Assembly: GCA_963793865.1 (NCBI GenBank)
Contig: CAWCBP010000001.1
Location: 1,152,001-1,216,000 of the forward strand
Length of the DNA: 64,000 nt
DNA from: an uncultured delta proteobacterium
GTDB lineage: Bacteria > Desulfobacterota > WTBG01
Reading direction: 5' to 3'
Shown: piece after piece, positions 19,014 to 29,428 of the stretch
Layout: every line of letters starts with the position of its first letter
Position numbering within the stretch: the stretch's first letter is position 1
Notes under the pieces: generated by a model
The model's input: the letters and a program-made list of their open reading frames with translations, nothing else
The model's database searches: none
Told to the model about the DNA's origin: nothing
Position numbers and translations under genes: made by a program

Positions 19014-20165
19014 ATGCCTGATACGCATACCGCTGCAAACGGCACCTCATCGATACTGCTGCCGACGCTTATCATGTCGGCGAAGAACTTTCTCATTTTT
19101 TCCATTCTCTTTTACCTGCCCCTTTATTTCGCCGGTCTCGGTTTTTCAGGCTTGCAGATAGGATTCCTGCTGTCCCTGTTTGCCATCACCTCACTTTTTT
19201 CTTCATTTCTGGTTGGATTCTTAAGCGACCGGCTGCCGGCACGGTATCTCTCATCATGCAGCTTTGTGCTTTTAATTATCTGCTTCATCTCCCTGAGCAT
19301 GCTGCAGCATTTCTGGACCATGGCCGCGCTTTTATTCATCGGCGGTCTGGGCAATAACATTGCCGACATTTCCATGACCAGCTTTGTTTTGAAGGTGAGC
19401 GACCGCAGGGAAGGCGGGAAAAGGCTGGGCACATTCAACGGGTTGAAAACGCTCGCCGCCGGACTGGGAGCGTTAAGCGGCGGGTTGCTGGTGGCGCAGC
19501 TCTCGTTTCAAAAGGTCTTCTTTTTACTGGGCTGCGCGTTTTTTCTTCCCATTCTCCTGACGCTGCCGGTTAAAAAAATCGCCACTTTCAGCTATGCCCT
19601 TGGACACTACCGGGGGGATCTTTGGAAAAAAGAGATACTTTTCTTTCTCATGCTTATTTTCGTCTTTACCCTGCACTGGGGGGCTGAAGGTACGTCTTAC
19701 TCCCTGCTGCTCAAAGAGCGCTTTTCCCTCACCCAGCGTTCGATCGCGCTCTACATGGGATCCATCTGGATCCTGTATGCCCTCTTTATTTATGGGGTAA
19801 GCAGGATTATAAAAGAATCAACCCCCCTGCACTGGATCATCTATCCCGGCTTGATACTGTCGGGCGCGGGGCACATATTATTCACCTATCCCTCATTACC
19901 CCTGTCATATGTTTTCCGTCTGGTTCATGAATGCGGCGACGCGGCATTTGAAATGTATCTCCTGGTGGGGATGCACCGATATTTTCCACTGGAGAGGGTC
20001 GGCGGGACTTCAGGGGTGGTGCTGACCGTAACGCTGGCAGGAAGGCTCCTGGGCTCGCTCATCTTCGGCCCGATGGGAGAACACCTGGGCTACCATTATC
20101 CTTTCATACTTTCGGGCATCCTCACCCTGCTCTGCCTGCCCCTGGTCTATAACGGCAGGCGCTAA
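19014..20165 (+). CDS. MFS transporter
   Basis: About 12 hydrophobic segments; motif A-like GFLSDRLPAR. Confidence 0.85.
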   Translation: MPDTHTAANGTSSILLPTLIMSAKNFLIFSILFYLPLYFAGLGFSGLQIGFLLSLFAITSLFSSFLVGFLSDRLPARYLSSCSFVLLIICFISLSMLQHFWTMAALLFIGGLGNNIADISMTSFVLKVSDRREGGKRLGTFNGLKTLAAGLGALSGGLLVAQLSFQKVFFLLGCAFFLPILLTLPVKKIATFSYALGHYRGDLWKKEILFFLMLIFVFTLHWGAEGTSYSLLLKERFSLTQRSIALYMGSIWILYALFIYGVSRIIKESTPLHWIIYPGLILSGAGHILFTYPSLPLSYVFRLVHECGDAAFEMYLLVGMHRYFPLERVGGTSGVVLTVTLAGRLLGSLIFGPMGEHLGYHYPFILSGILTLLCLPLVYNGRR

Positions 20166-20187
20166 CCAGTTCTTGAATGTTGGACAG

Positions 20188-21585
20188 CTATTTGTGATGT
20201 GCCATCCGGCTGTGACGGATGCCGTATGAAAAATAGATGGCCAATCCTATGATGAGCCATGACACAAAGCGGATCCAGGTCAGGCGGGGAAGCGAGAGCA
20301 TCAACCCGGCGCAGAAGCTGATGCCCAAAAGCGGCACCCAGGGCACCAGGGGACATTTAAATGAACGCTTCAGTTCAGGATGAGTATATCTTAATACCAC
20401 AATCCCTCCACAAACAATGCTGAAGGCGAACAGGGTGCCGATGTTGCAAAGCTCCGCTGCGGTTCCAATGTCAAGAAAGCCCGCAAAGCATCCCACCACG
20501 ATACCGGTCAATATCTGCGACACATAGGGGGTGCGAAAACGGGGATGCACCCTTGATATCCAGGGCCAGAGCAGACCGTCCCGGGACATGGAAAAAAATA
20601 TCCGGGGCTGACCCATCAGCATTACCAGAAGCACGCTGGTGATGCCGGAAACCGCTCCGACAGAAACCAGTGCCGAGCCCCAGCCGTACCCGATGAGGTT
20701 GAGCGCGTGCGCAACCGGAGCCGGATGATTGAGGTCCTTGTAGGATACAATGCCGGTCAGGATGCCCGATACCAGGATGTAGAGGACCGTGCACACAACA
20801 AGCGAAATCATGATGCCGATGGGCATATTTTTCTGGGGATTTTTGGTTTCCTCGGCCGCGGTGGATACGGCGTCAAATCCGATGTAGGCGAAAAATATGA
20901 TGGCCGCGCCGGTCATGACCCCGTTAAAACCATAGGGCAGAAAGGGAACCCAGTTGGAAGGGCGAATATTAACTATTCCCACCCCGATAAATATTAATAC
21001 CGTCACCAGCTTGACAAACACCATCAGGGCGGTGAAGCGCACGCTTTCCTTGATGCCGATCACCAGTATAAAGGTGAGAAAGAACACGATCAGTATCGCG
21101 GGCAGGTTGATGACGGCACCGGGTGACGTTCCCGGCGCGCTCGCGCACCAGGCGGGAATGGTAATGCCCATGGTCTTGAGGATATTGACAAAATAGCCCG
21201 ACCACCCGATGGCAATGGCGATGCAGGCCACAACGTATTCAAGGATGAGATCCCAGCCGATGATCCAGGCAATCATCTCTCCCAGGGTCGAATAGGCATA
21301 ATTATAGGCGCTGCCCGATACGGGTATGAGGGATGCAAACTCGGCATAACAGAGGGCGGTGAAGAGGCAGGCTAATCCCGATATCACAAAGGAGAGCACA
21401 ACCCCGGGACCGCTGAAACGGGCGGCGGCGGTGCCGGTGAGGACAAAAATGCCCACGCCGATTATGGCTCCGATTCCCAGCACCGTCAGGTCAAAGGCGT
21501 TAAGGGACCGGTGGAGCCGGTGCTGCTCCATGTCAATTTCTTCCACCACGTGATGGATAAATTTCCGGCGAAAAAGCCTTTTCAC
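20188..21585 (-). CDS. APC-family amino acid permease (cationic amino acid transporter-like)
   Basis: GIGAIIGVGIF, CYAEFAS.IP.SGSAY, FFAYIGFD, SRDGLL. Confidence 0.95.
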   Translation of the reverse strand: MKRLFRRKFIHHVVEEIDMEQHRLHRSLNAFDLTVLGIGAIIGVGIFVLTGTAAARFSGPGVVLSFVISGLACLFTALCYAEFASLIPVSGSAYNYAYSTLGEMIAWIIGWDLILEYVVACIAIAIGWSGYFVNILKTMGITIPAWCASAPGTSPGAVINLPAILIVFFLTFILVIGIKESVRFTALMVFVKLVTVLIFIGVGIVNIRPSNWVPFLPYGFNGVMTGAAIIFFAYIGFDAVSTAAEETKNPQKNMPIGIMISLVVCTVLYILVSGILTGIVSYKDLNHPAPVAHALNLIGYGWGSALVSVGAVSGITSVLLVMLMGQPRIFFSMSRDGLLWPWISRVHPRFRTPYVSQILTGIVVGCFAGFLDIGTAAELCNIGTLFAFSIVCGGIVVLRYTHPELKRSFKCPLVPWVPLLGISFCAGLMLSLPRLTWIRFVSWLIIGLAIYFSYGIRHSRMAHHK

Positions 21586-21604
21586 TGCGTTCTCTCAGCA
21601 CTAA

Positions 21605-21662
21605 CAGGTTGTTGAAAAAGTGGCTTTTACTAGGCTGGTTAAAAACACCCAGATGCAAGGCG
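21605..21662. mobile_element. Partial copy (left end) of the same MITE family
   Basis: CTAA then CAGGTTGTTGAAAAA...AGGCTGGTTAAAAACACCCAGATGCAAGGC, then diverges. Confidence 0.6.
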
Positions 21663-21819
21663 CAACTCATTTCCTGCCGTCGGCAGATATACGATAGTAC
21701 GATACATCAGCTTGCCGGCACTTGTAAAGTTTTTAGTACCCGCGCTGAGGGGGTTTACGGACATTCAAGCAGGGTTCTGGAGGGCTAACGAGCAACGGCA
21801 GGTCCGCGGAATGACATGG

Positions 21820-22170
21820 TCATTCGGCTCGTCTGTATTTCTCAACTTCTTTATCATCACCGAAGGTGAGTGTCAGCTCATCACCCTTTACGCACAATAC
21901 CGCGGATATGATCTCGGGAGGGGATTCGGGATGGATGATTTCAAAACGTATTCCTCCATCCTTCTGCAGAACATAGTGCCCCTTCACCTCCATTGCCATG
22001 TCGTCAACAGCAGTGAAGGTGCCGTCCCGGAAGAACTCCATCGTCGCGGTTGTCCCTGGCTCCTGCCATCTTCCAATGATGCCGGGCGCGCCGGCACATG
22101 ATGTGAGCAGTATAACAAATACTACGGACAAAAAGGCGCCTGTCAAAATTTTAGAATGTGTGTTTTGCAT
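21820..22170 (-). CDS. Hypothetical lipoprotein (small beta-rich domain)
   Basis: Lipobox-like LTSC; IIGRW...MEFFRDGTF pattern. Confidence 0.7.
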   Translation of the reverse strand: MQNTHSKILTGAFLSVVFVILLTSCAGAPGIIGRWQEPGTTATMEFFRDGTFTAVDDMAMEVKGHYVLQKDGGIRFEIIHPESPPEIISAVLCVKGDELTLTFGDDKEVEKYRRAE

Positions 22171-22203
22171 GGATGTTCTTTCCCTGCGCCTGAACACGCA
22201 TTG

Positions 22204-22566
22204 CTATTTGAACATGCCGTCTTTTATGGCCGATGGCAGCGCCATGGAGAAACCGACGACTAAAATGCTCCAGAGAACATAGATGACTTTTTGTTGATGC
22301 GCCTGAAGCCACCTGATCACAAAGAACCCGCCATGGCCTATTTTGATTTGCATGAAAATAAAAAGTTTTATTACAAACGGAACGATGGTAAAACAGAGCA
22401 GGCAAAAGAGGAGGAAAAAGGCCATTTGTACCATGTTCAGGCCCTTATAGCGCACGGCGTCGTCGGTCAGCGTTCCGGAAGATTCGAGCATAGCGCCGAT
22501 AATCGCGCCGGCAACGATTACAGCAAAGGTTGATGCGCAAACCAGCGCCCAGGCCTTGAGGCTCAT
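22204..22566 (-). CDS. Hypothetical membrane protein (about 3 TM)
   Basis: Three hydrophobic segments; GGGGGA upstream of ATG 22566. Confidence 0.65.
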   Translation of the reverse strand: MSLKAWALVCASTFAVIVAGAIIGAMLESSGTLTDDAVRYKGLNMVQMAFFLLFCLLCFTIVPFVIKLFIFMQIKIGHGGFFVIRWLQAHQQKVIYVLWSILVVGFSMALPSAIKDGMFK

Positions 22567-22698
22567 ACATGTTCCCCCGACGAGAGGTTTTTCATAACCG
22601 ATCTTGCTGGAGTGCGGTATGCCCTCCCCTGCCCTGGCTGCATTATTGCACAATAACTCCCCGCATCAAGAAAAATATTCATCTATCAGGAGCGCCCC

Positions 22699-23418
22699 AT
22701 GATCAACCTGCGTGATCCATATTCGCACCATCGTATATCACTGGGCCTTCTTGCAGTTTTGTTGATTGCCCTCGCCAGTAACCGGGCAGATGCCGCCGGT
22801 CCCGCTGCCACGCAGCACCCGTCTGATGAATGCAGAACAGCTGAGGTTATGGTTGAACGAAACGCGGATTATGCTGAGACGACATACGGCATCTCGTGCA
22901 AAAACTGCAGGATTGAATGGATTGCGCGCGATGCCGAGGTTGGGGTGGTAAAACTGTGGTCACAATGCTCGCTACCCCTGTCGGAGCAGATGCCGCTCTT
23001 GAACAGGATTTACGATCACTTCCTGCGAAGGGACAGAAACGCCCGGGCATTGCGCACGCTTTTCATGGGAGAAATTGACCCTGATGCAGAAGCCGGTTCG
23101 CGGGAAATGTCAATCAGACTGGCGCTGGCTGCGCACAAATCGTCCGGATGGGATGCCCGGAAGGGAGAAGCCAAAAGCGGTGATATGAACGGGTTTGTCA
23201 AGGATCTGGCAAACCGGGAGATGATTTATTCCGAGCTGAAGGAATTGTTCACCCGTTTTCAGCAAGACGTAAAAATTTCCTGTGTGGAAAAGGTGCTCGT
23301 TCAGCAGGCCGATAAGCTTCCGTATTTTGACCAGCTTAATAAACAGGGCGTGCAGGCGACTGACAAGCTGCCGTTTGACTGCATGACCTGGTTTGCAATA
23401 GCAGCAGAGCAGGAATAG
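22699..23418 (+). CDS. Hypothetical exported protein
   Basis: SD AGGAG; signal peptide ending ADA; no family recognised. Confidence 0.7.
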   Translation: MINLRDPYSHHRISLGLLAVLLIALASNRADAAGPAATQHPSDECRTAEVMVERNADYAETTYGISCKNCRIEWIARDAEVGVVKLWSQCSLPLSEQMPLLNRIYDHFLRRDRNARALRTLFMGEIDPDAEAGSREMSIRLALAAHKSSGWDARKGEAKSGDMNGFVKDLANREMIYSELKELFTRFQQDVKISCVEKVLVQQADKLPYFDQLNKQGVQATDKLPFDCMTWFAIAAEQE

Positions 23419-23539
23419 GAAGGTGGCCGGTGGTTTTACGTTGCCGGACAGATGGAAGCTAACGGATAATCAGTTGATCCATGGGGAACAGTGGTGTTTG
23501 CCTGAGGAATTGAAAAAAGAAGAAAGCTGCAGAACCACA

Positions 23540-24175
23540 TTAGTAGGTTTGCCCGCATAAGCAATAATCACAGCAGTTTATTCTCCCCGCCGCTTTATCA
23601 ATTATTACCAGGGTATCAAAGATGTCCATGTCACCGTCACTCTCGCAGTTCGGAATGCCTGATGGATTCCCGCAATTGGGAGGCACACCGTTTGGTACGT
23701 CTCCTTTACTGATCTGGCAGGAAGTCGCAATCTGAAGACCCTGGGCGATATCATCCATTTCAAGCAAGTCTAACATATCAATGACACCATCACCGCAACC
23801 GGTGTCTGCACAGGAACCGGCCAAACAATCCTGAGGATAAATATCACCGCAGGTTCTCAATCTGTAATTACACCATGTAGCCACATAATACTCCGGACAG
23901 GGGTTGCCGAACATCCCTCTGCCGAAATCCCCCTTAAGCTTTACCGCGTCGGTCCCGTCACAGTCATGGTCACAGTTAAAGTCGCCGTGGCACGGGCTTT
24001 CGGTTGTACACGGGTTCAGTACAGGACTTCTGCCAAATGATTGCCTGAATGAAAAGGCATCCGAACCATCCACATCCCGGTCACAATCAAAGTCGCCCTC
24101 ACAAACCTCTTGTGCCAAAGCAACAAACGGCGACAATAAAAATATAGCTGCCAGCAAGACAATTACATGTTTCAT
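23540..24175 (-). CDS. Secreted two-module protein: dockerin-like type A plus dockerin-like type B (putative adaptor)
   Basis: Signal peptide ALA-Q; CEGDFDCDRDVDGSDAFSFRQSFGR and a second repeat; then TCGDIYPQDC...CCDYCL matching the tail of 24591-26513. Confidence 0.8.
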   Translation of the reverse strand: MKHVIVLLAAIFLLSPFVALAQEVCEGDFDCDRDVDGSDAFSFRQSFGRSPVLNPCTTESPCHGDFNCDHDCDGTDAVKLKGDFGRGMFGNPCPEYYVATWCNYRLRTCGDIYPQDCLAGSCADTGCGDGVIDMLDLLEMDDIAQGLQIATSCQISKGDVPNGVPPNCGNPSGIPNCESDGDMDIFDTLVIIDKAAGRINCCDYCLCGQTY

Positions 24176-24410
24176 AAACCCTGCATCGCTGAAGTATTAT
24201 GTACGCCCGACCATTAGCATGTAAATATTTTATTTGCAAGATCAAAAAAAGGGGCCTTAAGCCTGCCACTCGTCGGGGGCTATTGCATAGTAAACTCCCC
24301 TGCCTCTGAAGGGCATCGCGAAGCATGTTAATCCTTAATTTCCCTCCGGGCTTGCCCGCTGCAAGTTCAATGATCATGGGTTTATCCGGCCAGGAGACTT
24401 CTTATCCATA

Positions 24411-24440
24411 TGTAGGGGCGACCGGCCGGTCGCCCCTACA
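24411..24440. repeat. Perfect 30-bp GTAG-type REP-like palindrome, family R1
   Basis: TGTAGGGGCGACCGGCCGGTCGCCCCTACA; second copy at 58120. Confidence 0.85.
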
Positions 24441-24590
24441 ACGCAGACCTCATTTTCGTATTAAAGAAAAGCGGACCTGGTCGTCGAAGGGGGAGTAAGA
24501 TTACAGGCAGGAGCTGTTTTAACTCCTTCCCTGGTTGAGCAACCGCCTTTTATGCAATGAGACCGTTCGGTGTATGATCTTTGAACGGGT

Positions 24591-26513
24591 TTAGTATATT
24601 TCCCCTAATAAGCAATAATCGCAGCAGTTCATCCTGCCCAGGGCCTTGTCAATTATGACCAGCAGATCAAAGATATCGATGTCGCCGTCAGCATCGCAGT
24701 TGGGAGTCCCCGGGGGATTACCGCAATATGGCGGCATGCCGTTAGGCACATCACCGTTTCCAATCTGGCAGAGGGTCGCTGTCTGCAGATTCAGCATGAT
24801 GTCAACCGCTTCGAGGATATCAAAGAGGTCGATCACGCCGTCTCCGCAGCATGTAGCGGCACCGCAGGTCCCGCCGATGCAATCCTGGGGATACATATCA
24901 CCGCAGGTCCTGAAACAGACCTCGCCCGGGCTCGGGCAGGGACACATATCCTCGTTGAACTGGTCTAATACGGAGATGTTGACCGGGCACAGATCAATAC
25001 AGGCGTCCCCACCACAGGTTTCCAGCTCCGGCCCTGCTGTATACACGATCTGGGCAATGGTGCCCCTTCCCTCTGTAATCAGGGCTGAGGGGTTGGTCGT
25101 GTACAGAACTACCCTGCAGCTCCCGTCCGCCTGCTCATGAGCTGAACAGGTGAAATAAAGGGTGCGGTCGGGATCAATGATGCACTGGGTGCAAATCAGG
25201 TTGTCCTCACCGTCACAGGCGGCAACATCCAGTGAAACGGCGCGTACCGAGTGATCAAGGTTGGTCAGGTTAATATCAACTGTTGCCGACTCGGAGTTGG
25301 GCTGAACAGTGGTTTCTCCGATATCTACAATGACCTTGCCGAGGTCGATCTCTACACTGTCAGCCGTATCGCCGTGGCAGGTGTCGGTTACCGTAACCGC
25401 AAAGGTAACGAACTTATCCAGCTGATCGCAGATACTGCCGACGGTGAGCCTCCAGCAACATTCATCGATCTGCGCAATGGTCCCTAATTCTGCGGGAACG
25501 TCCCATACCAGACATGCCGGATCGAAGTCCGGGCAGTCTGAGCAAATGGTGAAGTCAATAATTTCGCCGCATGTCGCCGCAAGACCGCGTCTCCCAGGCC
25601 GGTTGAAAGCGGGATCATCAATCGCTTCGCCGGGGCAGTTTCTGCCGAGGGCAATTTGAACGGCACACTCCGGTGGAGGCACAAAAGCCAGAATGTGTAT
25701 GGGCAGTGTGCAGACAACGACATCACCGGTGTTAATGTTGGTATTGGAGGTATCGGTTGCAGTTACGGTGCACGTCTCGTCAGCTGCGCCGGCAGTCACG
25801 GTCAAAACACCGGTGTCCGGTTCAAGGGTGCCGCCCCCACAGTCGGTAGAGTACACGTAAACTGAAGGGTTGTCACATTGCGCATCTCCGGCAGCCATAT
25901 AATGTGCCGTCACCGAACCGGTCTCAGGTGCCTGAATCGACGCAGGACCGGCAATGGCACATTCACACGGATCTCCAAGAACCCTCGCATTGAGGGTGAC
26001 AGCAGCAATGGTGGAATCATAAACGACAGAATTCTGGTCAACCCAGGTATCAAAATCAGGAACAGTGTCGACGGTAATGGTGGCAGTGCCCGCCGCTACA
26101 CCACAAAACGTCACATCGCAAACCAGTATATTGGCATTCGGGAGCGCCACACCAGCGCCTAAATTCGCGGCCGCAACAAATACACCACCGGGATACCCTA
26201 TGGGATCGAACACCGGTGTCACGCCTGCATCCCAAACAGCCGGTGTTAATGTCCCGTCATAACATTGGCAGCCGGTAATAGCAACCGTGGCGCCACTGTC
26301 GGATTGTGAAATAAGAAAACCGCCCGACACCAGTGGTGACGTACCAAAGGAACTTCCGTCAACGGCTATGGTGTCTGTTACACATTCACCTACGGTCAGG
26401 TTAAGGAGGATAGATCCGGCTGAACCTTCAACCAAATATGTAGCTTGCGCGAAGGCCGGCCCGGCTGACAGGGCAACAACCATGACCATGCAAACCATTG
26501 ATAGTTTTCTCAT
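24591..26513 (-). CDS. Secreted non-catalytic Cys-rich protein with two cohesin-like domains, Ig-like linkers and C-terminal dockerin-like type B module (putative scaffoldin)
   Basis: Signal peptide AFA-Q; SD GGAGG; N-domain homologous to 52388-52957; second beta domain ATVDINLTN...VRAVSLDV...RVVLY...ITEGRGTIAQIVY; DGVIDLFD/DGDIDIFD loops. Fold assignment by eye. Confidence 0.7.
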   Translation of the reverse strand: MRKLSMVCMVMVVALSAGPAFAQATYLVEGSAGSILLNLTVGECVTDTIAVDGSSFGTSPLVSGGFLISQSDSGATVAITGCQCYDGTLTPAVWDAGVTPVFDPIGYPGGVFVAAANLGAGVALPNANILVCDVTFCGVAAGTATITVDTVPDFDTWVDQNSVVYDSTIAAVTLNARVLGDPCECAIAGPASIQAPETGSVTAHYMAAGDAQCDNPSVYVYSTDCGGGTLEPDTGVLTVTAGAADETCTVTATDTSNTNINTGDVVVCTLPIHILAFVPPPECAVQIALGRNCPGEAIDDPAFNRPGRRGLAATCGEIIDFTICSDCPDFDPACLVWDVPAELGTIAQIDECCWRLTVGSICDQLDKFVTFAVTVTDTCHGDTADSVEIDLGKVIVDIGETTVQPNSESATVDINLTNLDHSVRAVSLDVAACDGEDNLICTQCIIDPDRTLYFTCSAHEQADGSCRVVLYTTNPSALITEGRGTIAQIVYTAGPELETCGGDACIDLCPVNISVLDQFNEDMCPCPSPGEVCFRTCGDMYPQDCIGGTCGAATCCGDGVIDLFDILEAVDIMLNLQTATLCQIGNGDVPNGMPPYCGNPPGTPNCDADGDIDIFDLLVIIDKALGRMNCCDYCLLGEIY

Positions 26514-26551
26514 ATCATGCCTCCATGCATGGGGTTACCTGTTTCAAAAAA

Positions 26552-26593
26552 ATAAAAAACTGCCGTTGTACTTGTGACTCATACATTCGGCAG
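26552..26593 (-). terminator. Intrinsic terminator forming the riboswitch expression platform
   Basis: CTGCCG...CGGCAG stem plus TTTTTTATT; 5' arm overlaps the aptamer 3' strand. Confidence 0.8.
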
Positions 26594-26707
26594 TCCAGCC
26601 TTCTATTGAACCAATAAGAAAAGCGCGTTCTTACTACGATTCAACAGCAGCAATAGAACTGTGGCTTTCCGTCCCCCGATTACTCGGGGTTTGGCTTTGT
26701 CATGTAT
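26581..26707 (-). promoter_or_regulatory. c-di-GMP-I (GEMM) riboswitch upstream of the putative scaffoldin
   Basis: Minus strand AAAGCCAAACCCCGA-GTAA-TCGGGGGACGGAAAGCCACAG...CTGGACTGCCGAA; P1 ATACAT/ATGTAT; GNRA loop. Confidence 0.9.
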
Positions 26708-26726
26708 CTGATTGTAATGTATAATT

Positions 26727-26756
26727 CTTTTATCAGGATACTGCTACAATTGTCAA
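26727..26756 (-). promoter_or_regulatory. Putative sigma70 promoter for the riboswitch leader
   Basis: TTGACA-N18-TAAAAG with an extended -10 TG. Confidence 0.5.
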
Positions 26757-26940
26757 TAGGCAAAACCCTGATTTATTACTTCGAAAAACCTTATTTTTCA
26801 ATGAACAAACAGTCCTCGGATTATTGGAGTCCAAGGGGCTCGTTCGCGATGCAACATGATTTTCAAAAAAGACAGAGTTTTTTTTGCTAAAAATGCATAT
26901 TCATTTGTTATATGCATTGTACCGGTCACTATGTGGACAC

Positions 26941-26976
26941 AAAAAAGAGAAAGGAGCTAGATACTATCTAACTCCC
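26941..26976 (-). terminator. Terminator after tRNA-Glu
   Basis: GGAGTTAGA...TCTAGCTCC stem plus T-rich tail. Confidence 0.6.
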
Positions 26977-26985
26977 TAAATTTAC

Positions 26986-27063
26986 TGGCGTCCCCAAGGG
27001 GATTCGAACCCCTGTTGCCGGCGTGAAAGGCCGGTGTCCTAGACCGGACTAGACGATGGGGAC
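26986..27063 (-). tRNA. tRNA-Glu (TTC)
   Basis: GTCCCCATCGTCTAG...CCGGCCTTTCACGCCGG...GGTTCGAATCC...GGGGACGCCA cloverleaf with encoded CCA. Confidence 0.97.
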
Positions 27064-27145
27064 ACTTAAGTTTGAGGGCAGTTTACTACCACAACCATGA
27101 ATTATTATCAAGGAATAAATGATGGCGGCGGACACATTTAGCAAT

Positions 27146-27180
27146 GAGATTGCCGCGTCGCTTTCGCTCCTCGCAATGAC
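27146..27180. repeat. Half of a GAGATT...AATGAC-type palindromic repeat
   Basis: GAGATTGCCGCGTCGCTTTCGCTCCTCGCAATGAC; same end pattern as 34680-34762. Confidence 0.45.
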
Positions 27181-27208
27181 CGGCGTGTGAGTAAGCGCCT
27201 AATAATAG

Positions 27209-29428
27209 TTACCGCTCCTCCGGTTTGAAATAAACCGCTGAAAGCGGTGGGAGGGTTATGGTGATGGAGTGGGAATAAATAGAAAAAGGAACGTCCTCAG
27301 CTTTTACGCCGCCGCCGTTACCGAGGTTGCTTCCACCGTAATACATGGAGTCGCTGTTTATGATCTCCCGGTAATAGGAATCAGCGGGAACGCCGATACG
27401 ATAGCCCAACCTGGGCACCGGCGTAAAGTTAAACACGCAGATGAGGTGGTTGCGCCGGTCCTTGCCATAGCGGACAAATGACACGATGCTCTTTTCCCAG
27501 TCATGGAAATCGATCCACTCAAACCCTTGGTGATGATGATCAATCTCAAAAAGGGCCCCTTCCTCGCGGTAGATTTTTTGAACATCCCGGACATACAACT
27601 GTACGCCGCGGTTGAGGCCGTCCCGCTCCACCAGGTGCCAGTCCAGGCTCCGGGCATGGTCCCACTCCTTCCACTGCCCGAATTCGCCTCCCATAAAGAG
27701 CAGCTTCTTGCCCGGCTGGGCAAACATGTAGCCGTAAAGCGCCCGCAGGTTGGCGAACTGCTGCCACTCATCGCCCGGCATCCTGTTCAGCAACGATCGC
27801 TTGCCGTGCACCACTTCATCATGCGAAAGGGAAAGCACAAAATTCTCGTTAAAGGCATAGAGCAGGGCAAAGGTGAGCAGGTCGTGCTTGTACTTCCTGA
27901 AGACCGGATCCGAAGAGAAGTACTCCAGCATGTCGTGCATCCAGCCCATGTTCCACTTGAAATCGAATCCCAGCCCTCCCAGATAGGTTGGCCGTGAGAC
28001 GCCGAACCAGGCGGTTGACTCCTCGGCGATCATCAAAGTACCCGGATACTGGGCGTGGGTCAGCACATTCAATTCCTTCAGGAAATCTATCGCCTCCAGG
28101 TTCTCCCTTCCCCCGTACCGGTTGGGAATCCACTCCCCTTCCTTCCTGCTGTAATCCAGATAGAGCATGGAGGCAACCGCATCCACCCTGATTCCGTCCA
28201 CGTGGTATTGCTCCAGCCAGAAAAGGGCGTTGGAAATGAGGTAGCTTCTGACCTCGTGGCGGCTGTAATTAAAGACCAGCGTTCCCCACTCCTTGTGCTC
28301 CCCCTGCCGCGCATCAGCATGCTCGTAAAGGCAGGTGCCGTCAAAACGGGCCAGACTGAAATCGTCCTTGGGGAAATGGGACGGAACCCAGTCAATGATA
28401 ACCCCGATGCCGTTCTGGTGCAGGTGATCAACAAAGAACATGAAATCATCGGGTGTCCCAAAGCGGCTGGTGGGGGCAAAATATCCCGACACCTGGTAGC
28501 CCCATGACTCATCAAGGGGATGTTCGCTTACGGGCAGCAGCTCGATGTGAGTAAATCCCATTTCCTTCACGTACGCCGCCAGCTTTACTGCCAGCTCCCG
28601 GTAGTTTAGCCAGCGGTTGCCCTCCTCGGGGACGCGTGCCCAGGAACCCAGGTGGACCTCATAAATGGACAGGGGCTCTGAAAACGGATGAGCGCACAAT
28701 CGCTTTTGCATCCATTCCCGGTCATTCCAGCTATAACGGTCAATATCCCAGCTGACGGAGGCGGTTTTCGGCCGCAGCTCCTTGGCAAACGCATAGGGAT
28801 CGGTTTTATCAACCCGCCTGCCGTCGGGGCCAAGCACGGAGTACTTGTACAGCGCCCCCGGCCTGATGCCCGGAATGAAAATCTCCCAGATTCCCGAGCT
28901 GCCCATATTCCTCATGGGATGTACTCGATAATCCCACCCGTTAAAATCAGCCAGCACGCTCACCTGCCTGGCATTAGGAGCCCATACCGCGAAAGAGAAG
29001 CCTTCAATCTCATCGTATCGTTTAGGGTGCGCACCCAGCACGCGGTACGCCTGGCGGTACTCTTCGCCCTGCAGACCGCCGAGATGAAAGTCACCAATGG
29101 TCGGTAAAAACCGGTATGGATCTTCCCCCCGCGCAACATGCTGATCCCTGACAACCTCAATGGTGTAGGGAAAGAAATCAGTTTGACCGCTCACCATGAC
29201 CTCATACAAACCATCACCATGAATCCTGGTCATGGGCAATGCCGGTGCGTCATCACCACCGGCAACCAGCAACGCACGCTCAGAGCCCGGCAAAAACGCA
29301 CGAACGACAATGCCTTCGCTGTCATTGGCGCCTGTTCGGTGATTCCCCAGGTAGGCATGGGGACACGGATGCTCACCTTTTATTATTTGCTCAATGTGCC
29401 GCCGGTCATGTTCAGGCCTATTCTTCAT
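27209..29428 (-). CDS. glgB: 1,4-alpha-glucan branching enzyme
   Basis: [56 protein letters not shown]; start moved to ATG 29428. Confidence 0.97.
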   Translation of the reverse strand: MKNRPEHDRRHIEQIIKGEHPCPHAYLGNHRTGANDSEGIVVRAFLPGSERALLVAGGDDAPALPMTRIHGDGLYEVMVSGQTDFFPYTIEVVRDQHVARGEDPYRFLPTIGDFHLGGLQGEEYRQAYRVLGAHPKRYDEIEGFSFAVWAPNARQVSVLADFNGWDYRVHPMRNMGSSGIWEIFIPGIRPGALYKYSVLGPDGRRVDKTDPYAFAKELRPKTASVSWDIDRYSWNDREWMQKRLCAHPFSEPLSIYEVHLGSWARVPEEGNRWLNYRELAVKLAAYVKEMGFTHIELLPVSEHPLDESWGYQVSGYFAPTSRFGTPDDFMFFVDHLHQNGIGVIIDWVPSHFPKDDFSLARFDGTCLYEHADARQGEHKEWGTLVFNYSRHEVRSYLISNALFWLEQYHVDGIRVDAVASMLYLDYSRKEGEWIPNRYGGRENLEAIDFLKELNVLTHAQYPGTLMIAEESTAWFGVSRPTYLGGLGFDFKWNMGWMHDMLEYFSSDPVFRKYKHDLLTFALLYAFNENFVLSLSHDEVVHGKRSLLNRMPGDEWQQFANLRALYGYMFAQPGKKLLFMGGEFGQWKEWDHARSLDWHLVERDGLNRGVQLYVRDVQKIYREEGALFEIDHHHQGFEWIDFHDWEKSIVSFVRYGKDRRNHLICVFNFTPVPRLGYRIGVPADSYYREIINSDSMYYGGSNLGNGGGVKAEDVPFSIYSHSITITLPPLSAVYFKPEER

